In this document: one piece after another, positions 35,748 to 48,204 of the stretch
Layout: each line of letters opens with the position of its first letter
Position numbering within the stretch: the stretch's first letter is position 1
Assembly: GCA_963783385.1 (NCBI GenBank)
Contig: CAWANJ010000009.1
Coordinates: 932,242 to 996,241 of the forward strand
DNA length: 64,000 bases
Direction of reading: 5' to 3'
DNA from: an uncultured Gemmatimonadales bacterium
GTDB taxonomy: Bacteria > Gemmatimonadota > Gemmatimonadetes > Palauibacterales > Palauibacteraceae
Notes under the pieces: generated by a model
What the model was told of the DNA's origin: nothing
Databases searched by the model: none
The model's input: the letters and a program-made list of their open reading frames with translations, nothing else
Translations under genes and position numbers: made by a program

Positions 35748-38025
35748 CGGTTCATTTCTTTGGCCTCACGCTCCGCCCACCCGGTGAGGCCGATGTCATG
35801 CAGGATGGCCTGGTACTCCGGCAGCGCCTGGAGGGGCTGCATGCCGGGCCAGCCGTGCGCGTATATCACAATCTCCGGGTCGTGCCGACGCACGGCTCCG
35901 TGCAGGTGCGACGATGCGGCTTCGCGGTAACCAAGGGCCGCCGCCAGCGCCGCGAGCATGGCCGAGGAGACATACTCGCGCTTCGAGCGTTCGAGAAGCC
36001 CGTCGTACACGGACTCTGCGGCGCTCAATTTGGCGTTCGCCTGATAGGTCAGCCCCAGGAACAGCATGGGCATCACCGTCCCGCCGGAGCTCTCCAGCGC
36101 GACCTTCCCGGTGGCGATGGCTTCGTCCCACTCGCCCAGGGACAGGTGCGCCATTTGCCGGTTCCAGTGCGTGAAGAACGCATTGGGATCGCGGTCTTCC
36201 GCGCGCCGGCACCAGTCGAGGATCTCCCGATCGTGGAAATGGTTGGCCGCTACGAGGCTCACGAGGCCGGCAGCATACCCGGACAGGGGGTCCCTCGCCC
36301 AGCACTCCTTCACGCCACGGAGCGCGACTTCGCCCTGCCCGCACAAACATCCACGGTAGAAGAAGTAGTACCACCCGCGCCCTGGATGTATCCCGGGTTG
36401 ATCTCCAGCGCCCGCTCGAACTCGCGCTTCGAATCCTCCCAGTTCCACTCGAAGAGCAGTGCGCAGATCCCACGCGCCGTGTGCGACTCGGCCAGGTCCT
36501 CGGCAGCCAACCGCAGTGCGTTCTCCGACGCCTCGCCCGCCTTCTCCGGCGCCACCTCGGGCGGGATCATCCCGTAGAAGCCGAGCACGCTGTACGTGTC
36601 GGCGAGGCCCGACCACGCCAGGCCGTACTCGGGATCGAGGGCGACCGCCTTCTCCATCAGTTCCATCCCCTCGCGGGTGGACTGCCCGCGCCGATACAGC
36701 AGCGCCCGACCCTTCAGGTATGCCTCGTAGGCCTCGATGCTCGCAGTCGCCCGCTGTGCCTTTGCCGCGGCCCCGATGTTCAGCGCCGTCTTCATCTTCG
36801 CTGCGATCGCCTCCGCGATCTCGTCCTGCACTGCGAATACATCCTCGATCTCCCGGTCGTACATCTCCGCCCACAGGTGATAGCCGTCGTCGGCGTCCAG
36901 CAGCTGCGCGGCGATCCGCACGCGGTTCCCGGCGCGCCGCACGCTCCCTCCAGCAACGTGCCGCACGCCGAGCTCCGTCGCCGATCTCCTGCAGGCTCTC
37001 TGACGCTTCCCCTTGAACGAGCATCACGACGTCCGCGCGATGACGTCGCAGCGTCGGCCACATGGACAGGTGCGTCATGACTCCTCCGTGATGCCGTCGG
37101 CGAAGTACTCGTTCTCGGGATCGGCGCTCAGGTTCGCGAACGGCAGCACGGCGATGGACCCGGGGCGGTCCCCCCCCGCGCCGTCTCCGGCGCCTCCGCC
37201 TCCACGAGCGCCATGGCGAACTGCGTCCCCGTCTCGAACCGGTCGATCGGCGTGCGCGCCAGCGCCTTCTGCACCGACCTCGCCACGGGACGAGGCACCC
37301 CCTCGCGAAGCGCCGTGACGTCCGCCGGCGTCTGGATGAACCGCTTGGCGATCACGACCTGCGCCGTGGGTCCGGCGAACGGCGGCTCGCCCACCAGCAT
37401 CTCGTACAGCACGCACCCCAGGGAGTAGACGTCGCTCCGGCCGTCGATCGTCCTCTCCGCCGTCGCCTGCTCCGGGCTCATGTAGTGCCGGCGTGCCCAC
37501 TGTGGCGCCGGTCCCGGTGATGCGCCCGCCGCCGCGGCCGCTCACAGCATCGCGATCCCGAAGTCCGCCACCATCGGCACGGCCGTCGTGGAGCAGGATG
37601 TTCTCGGGCTTGATGTCCCGGTGGACCACGCCCTGGCCGTGGGCGTAGTCCAGCGCGTCGGCCACCTCCGCGTGATCCGCACCGCCTCGTCCACGCCGAG
37701 CTGGTCTCCCGGTCCAGCTCGTCCCGCAGCGACTCCCCTCGACGTAGGGCATCACGTAGAAGAGGAAGCCGTCGGCGCTCCCGGAGTCGAACAGCGGCAG
37801 GATGTTCGGATGCTGGAGCGGGGCGGTGGTCGCGATCTCCTGGACAGAAGCGGTCGGCGCCCAGGACGGCGGCCAGCTCGGGCTTGAGCACCTTGATCGC
37901 CACCTTGCGATCGTGCTTGAGGTCCTCGGCCAGGTAGACCGTGGCCATGCCGCCCTCGCCAGCTCCCGCTCGATGCGGTAGCGGTCGGCCAGGGCGGCGG
38001 TCAGGCGGTCGGACGTCTCGCTCAC
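35744..38025 (-). CDS. Ser/Thr protein kinase K8 + TolB-N-like domain + TPR (many frameshifts)
   Basis: Kinase fragments; [26 protein letters not shown]; [16 protein letters not shown]; AYEAYLKGR; ALEINP TPR motifs; no TM segment seen. Confidence 0.85.
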
Positions 38026-40705
38026 GAGCCCCCCTTCGCCTCGAGCTTCGCGGGACCAGTTCTGGACGAGCACCGCATTGGCCGCCGAAGCGGTCTGCCG
38101 GACGATGAACCGCTGGCCGTCGGGGCTGACGTCGTAAGGGGTACCGCTGTCGAAGAAGAGCGGGCGCGACCAGCCCGGGGCGTGGAAGAGAAGCCGCGGG
38201 GCCGTCACCTGGAAGTCGGCTCCCGGCGTGACGCTACGCGGCCATGATGCCCCCGTCCGGTGCTCGAAGAAAAGCTCGCGGCCATCGGCGCTCCAGCGGG
38301 GAGTCCTTTCCCCCCGTGCGGGAGATCCGTACGGGCCGGCCCCCGGCGGGGAAGGGCTGGACGTACACCTCCGGATTTCCGGTCTCGTCGGAGGTGTAGG
38401 CGAGCCAGCGCATGTCCGGAGAGAGCGCCCCCTCGCGGGCGTTCCCGGGCACGTTGAACCGGGTCGTGCCTCCGCGAGCCAAATCGAGGGCGGCCACGAA
38501 GGTGCGGTTGTGCGAGACTGCCGCCGTATCCCGGCGACTCCCCGAGGCCCAGGCAGCGTTGCCGGTGACGATGAGGTAGCGTCCGTCGGACGACCAGTCC
38601 GTCGCGGTCGGGCAGTCCGCCGCTGGCGTGACGAGGGGCGGATCGAGAGGTCGGCGATCCGCACCGCGGAGAGCTCGGCACACTCCGAAGGCCACCGCGG
38701 TATCGGAGGGCGCCCATACCGGCCATGCACGGATTGTGTTCGGCCCCTGATTCCGCGGAACCAGAGGCGTGGCCAGACCTCGCGTGAGGTCGTACAGCCA
38801 GAGCGTGCCCGCGTCGGCCAGGGCGACCCAGGGATGGTCGTGCGCATACCGGTGCGTGAAGGTGTTCCCGACGCGCACGGTAGTCGAGGACCTCTCCACG
38901 TCGGTCCACGACCAGCTTGTCGCGATCGCCGAGCCCGGGGAGATACAGGAGCGAGCCGGTCCGGGACGCCGTGTACGCGAACACGAGACCGGACGTGCGC
39001 ACGGGTCCCGTGAGCGGCGTGGCGCTCCCCTCGACCGCCGAGCCATCGGCACGGATGCGCTGACGGTACAGGCCCGAGCCGACGCCTTCCTCGTTGAAGC
39101 GCCCGTACACCACGTAGCCCGGCGGCACCCAGGTGGGCGCGGCCGCACCCGGGATGAGCGCCGTGGTGGCGCCCGACGTGAGGTCGCCCACCATCACCGT
39201 CTGCTGAAGCCCCTGCCCTCTCTCGAACAGGACCCGGCGTCTCCCGGCAGGAACGACGGGTGGCGATAGACGCGTCGCGGTGGAGTCCAGGGGAATCGCG
39301 ACCTGGCACGGGCCTCCCGCGGCCTCGACGCGCTCGAGGCCCCGAGTCGTGCTCGAAGACGATGACGCCGGACGACCCCCAGGCTCCCGACCCCTCGAGC
39401 GTCGCGGGACAGAGCGTCCGCGGAGTTCCCGACGGCACGTCCACCCGCATCAGGGCATGGTCGGTGCGAAGTACCCCATCGGACTTCCCGTCCGGTGACC
39501 AGAACGGTGCCGTCGCCCCGTCGGTACCGGGGACCCTCTGGGCACCGAGGGTGTCCAGCCCACGCAGCCACAGGCTTCGTCCGCCGTCCGCCGCGATGGC
39601 CACGAAGGCGAACGTCCGGCCGTCGGGCGAGAGCGCCCCGAAGGACGCCCGCTCGCTGAAGTCCTCGCCCGGGGGCGGCCGCAGCGACGAGACGACGAGG
39701 GCGCCCTGCGGCGAGGTCGGCCGGCGCAGCGCCAACACCAGGGCCGCGGCGGTGGCGACGAGCGCCACCGTCGACACCAGCCAGAGGGTCGCGCCCGCGC
39801 GCCCCTTCGACGAGGTCCCCGACATGCCGGCGCGCGCCCATCCCCCCGCCCCCGGTCACCCGGAACCCGGGATCCGCCAGCGCGTCCGCGAACGCCTTCG
39901 CCGAGTCGAACCGGTCCGCCGGCAGCTTCTCCAGCCCCTTCGCCACCGCCGCCGCCACGTTCGGCGGCACGGAGCGGCGCAGCTTCGTGACCGGCGCCGC
40001 CTCCTCGGTCACGATCTTCATGATGATCTGCTGGGCCGAGGAGCCCGTGTGGGGCGGGTCGCCCGTCAGCATCTCGTACAGCACGCTGGCCAGTGAATAG
40101 ACATCCGAGCGGCCGGTGATGTCGGGCTCCGCCGTCGCCTGCTCCGGGCTCATGTAGTGCGGCGTGCCCAGCGACAGCCCCGTCTCCGTCATGCGCCCAC
40201 CCGCCGCCGCGCTCACCGCCAGCGCGATCCCGAAGTCGGCCACCATCGGGCGGCCGTCGTGCAGCAGGATGTTCTCGGGCTTGACGTCCCGGTGGACCAC
40301 CCCCTGCCGGTGCGCGTAGTCCAGGGCGTCGGCCACCTCCCGGGTGATCTTCACCGCCTCGTCGACGCCGAGCTGCGTCTCCCGGTTCAGCCGGTCCCGC
40401 AGCGACTCCCCCTCGACGTACGGCATCACGTAGTAGAGGAAGCCGTCCGCCGTGCCCGAGTCGAACAGCGGCAGGATGTGGGGGTGCTGGAGCTGCGCGG
40501 TGGTGGTGATCTCCTGCACGAAGCGGTCGGCGCCCAGGACGGCGGCCAGCTCGGGCTTGAGGACCTTGATGGCCACCTGCCGGTGGTGCTTCAGGTCCTC
40601 GGCCAGGTAGACCGTGGCCATGCCGCCCTGCCCCAGCTCCCGCTCGATCCGGTAGCGGTCCGCGAGGGCGGCGGTGAGGCGAGAGAAGGCGTCAGCCACG
40701 GTCAT
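38022..40705 (-). CDS. Ser/Thr protein kinase K9 + TM + PD40 beta-propeller (frameshifted)
   Basis: ORF 39194..40705 (kinase), then TLWLVSTVALVATAAALVLAL and LSPDG/WSPDG/YDVSPDGQRF pieces. Confidence 0.87.
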
Positions 40706-40735
40706 CGCTCGGTCCGGCGGGGGGACGCCGTCCGC

Positions 40736-43378
40736 TCACTGGTTCGCCCCGTCCACGGCGTGCTCCATTCGCTTCACCCAGCCCGGGACGACCCGGAAAT
40801 AGTGCTCCTCCCGCTCCGCCGGCGACTCAAGGTAGATGAGGTCGCCGCCGTGTCCCACGGCCCAGGACCAGCCGGGAGTCTGACTGAATTGCGGAGCCAC
40901 GGCGATGAGCTCGGGCGCGCCCACGGGCGGATCGGCGCCGGGATGGATCCTCACCTCGTGAAACTCCCAGTTCCCCTCGTCGGTCTGCTCCGTGTAGACC
41001 AGCTCGGTCGCCGACAGCCACTGGGGCTCGTTGCCCCGGGCGGCCACCAGGTAGCGGTGGTCCAGGGCCGGCCAGGGCTGGAGCGTCAGGTCTCCGGCCG
41101 AGCTCCCCTGGTACGCGATCCAGCGGTGGTCCGGAGAGATCGAGAGGAATTGACCGGTGGCGAGGCCGAGGGAATCGATGCGCCCCTCCGAGTCCACGAT
41201 CATGGCCGATCGGCCGCCGGGAACTCCGACCAGGAGGGAGTCCTCGGAGAGGTACATGGACGGCTGCAGCGTCACGGGAGGCTCGACCGTCGCGAGAACG
41301 CGGGGCGGCTTCGAGGAGTCCAGCAACCGGGAGACGAGGGACTCCCGACCCGGCTCCTCGCTCACGGAGTAGGCGATCCGGTCCCCGCGCGGGCTGAACA
41401 CCGGCACGTCGATAAACGAGCCCTCGGCCACGGTCTGATGCGTGCCCGCCGGAAGGTCGTAGACGCGCAGCTCCTGCTGCTGGATTCCCTCGACCACGGT
41501 GGCCAGCCGGCGGCCATCGGGACTCTCACGGAAGCGGAGATGCGCGGCCTGCTCTACGGGCAGGGGCTCGATCCGCCCGTCGGCGGCGATGCGCACGAGG
41601 CGGCCCACGGCCGCGTTGGTTCCCGGCAGGTAGACGAGAGTGCCGTCCCGGGTCAGGTCGAACTGCCCCGTGCCGGTGTAGTCCTCGCTGCGCACACCGG
41701 GCACCAGGGAGACCGAGCGGCCGACCGTGAGGGAGTCGAGGCTCTCGATGCGCGTCGCCATGATGCTTCCATCGATGCCCATGTAGACCAGGTACCTGCC
41801 ATCGACGACACGGAAGTCCGCGCCGCGCAGCAGCTCGGGCTTTCCACCCTCACTGCCGGTCGCATGATGCCAGTACCGGATGCGGCCCGGGCTCGACAGG
41901 TCACGGCTGGACGCGAACTTGTCGGAGCGACCTCCGCAAAGCACCTGGCCCTTCCGGACGAGGACGGGGTCCAGGCAGTATCCTCCCACCGCAACGTCGC
42001 GTGCGCCGCCGCCCAGCGGGTCGATCCAGCGGAGGGCACGGCCGTTATCGTCGCTGAAGAAGATTCGGCCGTCTTCGGCCCACGCCCCCCCGAAGGAGAG
42101 CGTGATGGACGCGACGGCCGAGCTGCTTCGTCCATCGATATCCATGACCTTCATCTGATACCCGTTGCCGGCGGACACACCGACAGCCAGCCGCTTGCCA
42201 TCGGGCGAGATCAGCGGCGTGGTGTACGCTCCATCGGTACCGGGAATCGCGTGACCCTCTCCCGTCTCCAGGCTCCGGTACCAGAGCTCGGTGGTCGCCC
42301 CCTTCTGCGCGATGTAGACCAGGAACGACCCATCGGGCGACACCGAGAAGGCCCGAACCTCGTTGACGTGAACGGGGCTGGATGGGGGCGTTCCCAGGTC
42401 GCGGACGCCGCCGGGGCGCCGGGTCAGGGCCCAACCCGCGACGGCCAGCGACACCGCCGCGAGGGCGAGGGACCCCGCGGCGACCGCCCACGCCTTTCGG
42501 GAGGTACCGTGCGGGCCCGCGCCCGCCGCCTCGCGCCCGGTGATCCGGAACCCCGGGTCCCCCAGCGCCTCGGCGAACGCCTTCGCCGAGTCGAACCGGT
42601 CCGCGGGGAGCTTCTCCAGCCCCTTGGCCACCGCCGCCGCCACGTTGGGCGGCACCGACTTCCTCAGCTTCGTGACCGGCGCCGGCTCCTCGGTCACGAT
42701 CTTCATGATGATCTGCTGCGCCGAGGAGCCCGTGTGCGGGGGGTCCCCGGTCAGCATCTCGTACAGCACGCTGGCCAGCGAGTAGACGTCCGAGCGGCCC
42801 GTGATGTCCGGCTCCGCCGTAGCCTGCTCGGGACTCATGTAGTGGGGCGTGCCGAGGCTGAGCCCCGTCTCCGTCATCCGGCCGCCCGCCGCCGCGCTCA
42901 CCGCCAGCGCGATCCCGAAGTCCGCCACCATCGGCCGACCCTCGTGAAGCAGGATGTTCTCCGGCTTGATGTCCCGGTGGACGACCCCCTGCCGGTGCGC
43001 ATAGTCCAGCGCGTCGGCCACCTCGGTCGTGAGGTCCACGGCCTCCCGCACGGGGAGCTGCTTCTCCCGGTTCAGCCGGTCCCGGAGCGACTCCCCCTCC
43101 ACGTAGGGCATCACGTAGTACAGGAAGCCGTCCGCGGTGCCCGAGTCGAACAGGGGGAGGATGTTGGGGTGCTGGAGCGAGGCCGTGGTCTTGATCTCGG
43201 CCAGGAACCGGTCGGCGCCGAGGACGGCGGCCAGCTCGGGCTTCAGGACCTTGATGGCGACCTTGCGGTCGTGCTTCAGGTCCTCGGCCAGGTAGACCGT
43301 GGCCATGCCGCCCTGCCCCAGCTCCCGCTCGATCCGGTAGCGGTCGGACAGGGCGGCGGCCAGGCGTTCCGAGCTCAT
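40736..43378 (-). CDS. Ser/Thr protein kinase K10 + TM + beta-propeller (intact, 880 aa)
   Basis: Single ORF with full kinase, TM AWAVAAGSLALAAVSLAVAGWAL and SPDG repeats; ends MEHAVDGANQ. Confidence 0.95.
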   Translation of the reverse strand: MSSERLAAALSDRYRIERELGQGGMATVYLAEDLKHDRKVAIKVLKPELAAVLGADRFLAEIKTTASLQHPNILPLFDSGTADGFLYYVMPYVEGESLRDRLNREKQLPVREAVDLTTEVADALDYAHRQGVVHRDIKPENILLHEGRPMVADFGIALAVSAAAGGRMTETGLSLGTPHYMSPEQATAEPDITGRSDVYSLASVLYEMLTGDPPHTGSSAQQIIMKIVTEEPAPVTKLRKSVPPNVAAAVAKGLEKLPADRFDSAKAFAEALGDPGFRITGREAAGAGPHGTSRKAWAVAAGSLALAAVSLAVAGWALTRRPGGVRDLGTPPSSPVHVNEVRAFSVSPDGSFLVYIAQKGATTELWYRSLETGEGHAIPGTDGAYTTPLISPDGKRLAVGVSAGNGYQMKVMDIDGRSSSAVASITLSFGGAWAEDGRIFFSDDNGRALRWIDPLGGGARDVAVGGYCLDPVLVRKGQVLCGGRSDKFASSRDLSSPGRIRYWHHATGSEGGKPELLRGADFRVVDGRYLVYMGIDGSIMATRIESLDSLTVGRSVSLVPGVRSEDYTGTGQFDLTRDGTLVYLPGTNAAVGRLVRIAADGRIEPLPVEQAAHLRFRESPDGRRLATVVEGIQQQELRVYDLPAGTHQTVAEGSFIDVPVFSPRGDRIAYSVSEEPGRESLVSRLLDSSKPPRVLATVEPPVTLQPSMYLSEDSLLVGVPGGRSAMIVDSEGRIDSLGLATGQFLSISPDHRWIAYQGSSAGDLTLQPWPALDHRYLVAARGNEPQWLSATELVYTEQTDEGNWEFHEVRIHPGADPPVGAPELIAVAPQFSQTPGWSWAVGHGGDLIYLESPAEREEHYFRVVPGWVKRMEHAVDGANQ

Positions 43379-46068
43379 TGGCTCCCCGCGTTCGATCGGT
43401 CGCCCTCCGCCTGCCTCAGCTTCGCCCTCACCTCGGCCGCCCAGCCGTGCACCACCATCGTCGCTGCGGCCCGCCCTTGAGCATGAGGAGCTTCTTCCCG
43501 TCCGGGCTCACGTCGTAGTTGGCGTGGGGGGAGTTCGAGGCCAGGTAGACGTCGTCCATGAAGTCGGACCGGGAGAGGATGTGGAAGGTCGGGGTCTCCG
43601 AGACCTCGGCGACCCTGAACTTTCCCTCGGCCCGGTAGAAGATCCGGTGCCCGTCGGGCGACCAGACCGGCTCGTTTCCGCCCCGGATCGAAACCTGGAT
43701 CCTGGCCCCCGGCCCGGAAAGGGCCTGGACGACGACCTGCGGCGTACCGCCCGCGTCGGTCACGTACGCGACCCAGCGGCCGTCAGGCGAGACCCGCGGC
43801 CGGTCCTCGTTGGCCCGCGTGGCGGCGATCGCGCGGTCCCCGCCGCTACCGCTCAGGTCCCGGATCCGGACATTGGACCTGGCCGTATCCACCTGGTAGA
43901 CCAGGCTCCGACCGTCGGGGGTCATCACTCCTTCGAAATAGCTTCCGAGGCTGTCGGCGAGGAGCGGCGATGCGGGGGCGCTGCCATCGGCCGGCTGCCA
44001 CCAGATGGCGGAGCCCAGGCCGCGGTCGCTGCGGAAGAGCACGCAGCTTCCGTCGGGGGACCACTCAGGCCGGTCGTTGACCGTGCCGCCGCTGGTGAGC
44101 CGCCTCAGGACTCCCGTGGCCACGTCCTCGATCCAATGTCCCAGAACGACCGAGCCCAAGCGATACTGACGGCCACCTGCTGCCCGTTCGGCGAGAAGCG
44201 GGGATTGGAGTAAGCCCGAGTCTCGGTGAGCAGCGGCGTCGCCCCGCCTGCGCTGGCCAGCTCCAGCGTCGACTCGGGGCTCCCTGCTTCGTACGCCAGG
44301 GTTCCGGTCGGCGAGAGGTAGGCCACGACCGAGCCGCGAGTCGCCGTCGCGACCCCCGTGAGGAGGGGACGGGCTGCCCGCTCACCTTTCCGGAGGCGAG
44401 ATCGACCCGCACCGCCAGCACGGTTCCGGTCTGGTCGCCGTAGATCAGGTACCCGTCCATCATGCCGAGTGGATAGGTGCCGGGCACCTCCAGTCGGCGG
44501 GCCCGTCTGGCGGAGAGGTCCAGCACGCCGATGCGCGCGTCCTCGGTCGCCCCCCGGCCCCAGCTCAGATACAGCACGTGCCGATCATCCGGCAGGGCCA
44601 GGGGGAAGAACTGGCTCGTCTCGCCGCGTGCCGTGTCCAGGGCCGCGGAGGCGGCCGTGTGTCGTCTCCGTTGGCCGATACGCGGTGAGACGCGGAGCGG
44701 CGGGCAGAGCGAAGAGGATGTCTCCGCCGGGCAGCCTTCGGGTGTTTCCCGTGAACTGACCGAGCTCGGCCAGCACCCGGGTGGCGCCTCCGGCGAGCGC
44801 CACTTCCTCCAGCCGGCCGGCCCTCCAGAACAGCAGAGAAGCTCCGTCCGCCGAGAAGATGGAAGAATAGGCCCCGTCGGTCCCCTGTACGGCGCGTGCT
44901 GTCGCATCGTCCATGCGCCGCACGTACAGCCGGCGGCCGCCCTGCCGGTCGATCGCCGGGAAGGCCACGGTCGATCCGTCGGGCGAAACCGCCAGAGCGG
45001 GCCCCCCGGCATCGGCAAGGGACGCCTGGGTGCCCGCCGGTGGCTCCACGGCGAAGCGTACCACGTCGACGGAGCCGGAGTCCCGGTGAGCCCTCCGCTC
45101 GCGGAGCGCCACGCCCAGGGCGGCGAGGGCGACGACCGCCATCACCCACACGGCCGGATTTCGCAGCGTACCGCGCCATCCGGAGCGCGGCGCGCCGCCC
45201 CCGGTCCCGCGCCACGCGATCGGCGTCGCGCCCGCCTTGCCCTCGAGCGCGTCGGCGAAGGCCTGGGCCGTCGGGAAGCGGTCCGCCGGGAGCTTCTCCA
45301 GCGCCGTCAGCACCGCCGCCTCCACGTGGGCCGGCACCGGTGGCGCGCGTGTCCCGAGCGGCCGCGGCGTCTCGGTGAGGACCGCGCCAGCGACCGCCTG
45401 CGCGCTGGACCCCGGTGAACGGCGGCTCGCCCGCGAGCATCTCGTAGAGCACGCACGCCAGCGAGTACACGTCCGCGCGGGCGTCGGGCTCCCGGTCCGC
45501 CATGGCCTGCTCGGGGCTCATGTAGTGCGGCGTGCCGAGGCTCAGTGCCCGTCTCGGTCAGGCGTCCGCCGCCGGCCTGTGCCACCGCCAGCGCGATGCC
45601 GAAGTCCGCCACCAGCGGCTGGCCGTCCTGCAGCAGGATGTTCGCCGGCTTGATGTCGCGGTGCACGACGCCCTTGCGGTGCGCGAAGTCCAGGGCGCCC
45701 GCGACCGCCTTGGCGATGCGCGACGCCTCCGCGACGGGAGCTGCTTCTCCCGGTCGAGGCGGTCGCGGAGCGACTCGCCCTCCACGTAGGGCATCACGTA
45801 GAAGAGGAAGGAGTCGGCCTCTCCGGAGTCGTAGAGGGGGAGGATGTGCGGGTGCTGGAGGTTGGCGGTGGTGCGGATCTCGGCGAGGAAGCGCTCGCGC
45901 GCCCATGACGGCGGCGAGCTCCGGGCGGAGGACCTTGAGGGCGACGTCGCGCTCGTGTCGCAGGTCCCGGGCCAGATACACCGTGGCCATCCCCCCTTCA
46001 CCGAGCTCCCGCTCGATGCGATAGCGGTCCGCGAGAGCGGCGATTAGGCGCGGGGGGAGATCGGACAT
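43375..46068 (-). CDS. Ser/Thr protein kinase K11 + TM + PD40 beta-propeller; first gene of array 2 (frameshifted)
   Basis: [16 protein letters not shown] at 46068; HRDIKPAN; ORFs 44585.., 44105.. and 43428..; ATGA overlap with K10. Confidence 0.87.
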
Positions 46069-46124
46069 GGCGCCCAAGATGGTACAGGGCCGTAGATGGC
46101 ACCAGAATCGGCATTGCGACAGGA

Positions 46125-46140
46125 CGTTTCAGCTGAAACG
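46125..46140. repeat. Palindrome copy 2: CGTTTCAGCTGAAACG
   Basis: Read directly; lies between the divergent K11 and DUF222-HNH starts. Confidence 0.95.
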
Positions 46141-46394
46141 CGCCGGTTCGAGAACCGGCCGGTCCCCCCTTGACAGCTTTTCGGACGCGCCTTCTCCGAA
46201 GTCCCGGACCGGCTCCGGATCCGGCCCTCCCCACCTCTCACGCCCGACCTGCCGGCCGCGGCCGCTTCTCCCCTCCGAGTTGGGCCTCTCGCCCCGCGTT
46301 GATAGGGCCTCCGGCCTCTGAGAGCCCCGAGATTCGGCCCCGTATATTGTAGGAGCATGATTCGGTGTTTCTTCGGTCGCGAGGGAGGACGACG

Positions 46395-48204
46395 ATGGGC
46401 GGAACGGTGCTGGCCTTCAGGGAGGTGGAGCGCGAGGGGTACGGGAGGAGACGGACGCGGGACTCGAGCGGAGAGGCGGCCCCGGGTCCGCGCGGCGTGC
46501 CGGAGATCGGGGGCCAATCCTTCGAGCCGGGGGCCGATCCCGCCGCCGATCCCGGCTTCCTGGAGGCGCTCGGCGACGAGATCGTCACCCTGGCGGCGCA
46601 CATCCACGCGGCGACGTGCCGGTTCCTCCGACTGATCGCCCGCTTCGACCGGCTCGGGGGCTGGGTGGCATTGGGCCACGCGAGCTGCGCCCACTGGCTG
46701 CACTTCCGGACGGGCCTGAGCCTGGGCACGGCGCGCGAGCACGTCCGCGTGGCCCGGGCCATGGAGGCGCTGCCCGAGACGACCGCCTCGATGGCGCGCG
46801 GCCGCCTCTCCTTCTCCAAGGTCCGGGCGCTGACGCGGGCCGCCACGCCCGAGAACGAGACCGATCTCCTGGAGCTGGCCGAGGGGTCCACGACCGCCCA
46901 GCTCGAGCGCATGGTGCGCGGGTGGAAGAAGGCGAGCCGCCGCGACGAGGCGTCGGCCGAGCGCGCCCGGCACCGGGCGCGGACTCTGTCCGTCTTCCCG
47001 GACGATGACGGCATGTACGTGGTGCGGGGGCTCCTCGAGCCCGAGGTGGGCGCCCTCCTCGATGCGGGCGGTCGAGGCGGCGAGCGACGCGCTCTACCGG
47101 GAGGAGCGGGATGGGGAGGCGCGCGAGAAGCCGAACGTGCCGGAGGCGGACCCCGCCGATCCGGCCACGGGCGAGCACCCTTCCCCGCCGTCCCCGCCGT
47201 CCCTACCCTCCACGCCCTCCACGCCCATTGAGCGCCGGAAGGCGGCGGCCCGACGGCGCGCGGACGCGATCGGCCTCCTGGCCGAGCGGGCCATGCAGGC
47301 GGGGTTCGGGGGCCGAAGTGAAGACGATGGTGACGGGGGCGACGAGCCCGCCGAGGACGCTCCGATCAGCGGCTGCCGCGCCGAGCGCTACCAGGTCGTG
47401 CTGCACGTGGACGCGGATACCCTGTCCGAGGACCGCGAGCCCGGCCGCTCGGAGCTCGAGGACGGCACGCGCGTTTCAGCTGAAACGTCCCGGCGCCTTT
47501 CCTGTGACGCCGCGTTGATACGGGTGAAGCACGGCCGAACCCAGGACGCGACAGGCGAGACGAGCGAAGGTCCGGCGCCCGGCGGCTCGGTGACCGACGA
47601 CCGGAGGCCGCGCGGCCCGGCGCCGGCCCGCGGCACGCACGCCGGCCCGATCCTCTCCGTTGGCCGCCGCACCCGCACGATCCCGCCGGCGCTCCGCCGG
47701 GCGCTGGACATCCGGGACCGCGGCTGCCGATTCCCGGGCTGCGGACTCCGGTTCACCGACGCCCACCACGTCAGGCACTGGGCCGACGGCGGCGAGACGA
47801 GCCTCGACAACTGCGTCCTCCTGTGCCGCCACCACCACCGGCTCGTGCACGAGGGCGGCTGGACGCTGGAGTGGTGGGGGCCGGGGCGGGCCGTCTTCCG
47901 CAGCCCCAAGGGAGGCGTCCACTTCGATCCCGAGCGAGAGGAGGCGAGCTGGCGGCGGGAGCGCGAGAAGCGGCGGGAGCGCGACAGGCGGCGCCGTGCG
48001 GACGGTGCGGACGGTCTCGCGCGAGACGGGCGCGGCGCGGAGGGCTCCCTGTCGGCGCTCCTGGCCGAGAACCGGGCGCGCGGCGTGGATCCGGGTCCCC
48101 GGGCGGCCTCCGCCCGGTGGAAGCGGGAGCGCGACATCCCCGACACGGTGTGGTTCCGGGCGCTGGAGGCGGGGATCGAGGGAGCGGCCGAGCGTTTCAG
48201 CTGA
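46395..48204 (+). CDS. DUF222 (REP13E12-like) domain + HNH endonuclease (frameshift ~47055)
   Basis: GGAGG RBS; SCAHWL..RTGL...AREHVRVARA, GRLSFSKVRALTR, RRADA, RRLSCDA, RDRGCRFPGC, DAHHVRHWADGGET.LDNCVLLCRHHHRLVHEGGW. Confidence 0.92.
47472..47487. repeat. Palindrome copy 3, inside the HNH gene (encodes VSAET)
   Basis: CGC GTT TCA GCT GAA ACG; four consecutive A/T-ending codons in a gene otherwise dominated by G/C-ending codons. Confidence 0.95.

Noticed and set aside
40157-43480. 1107-aa plus-strand ORF and similar long ORFs (3047..4951, 11103..13043, 13240..15219, 61695..63086)
   Set aside because: Antisense shadows of real high-GC genes; no recognisable motifs
27403-46068. Diversity-generating retroelement or shufflon behind kinase tail variation
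   Set aside because: No reverse transcriptase, TR/VR pair, invertase or inverted cassettes seen
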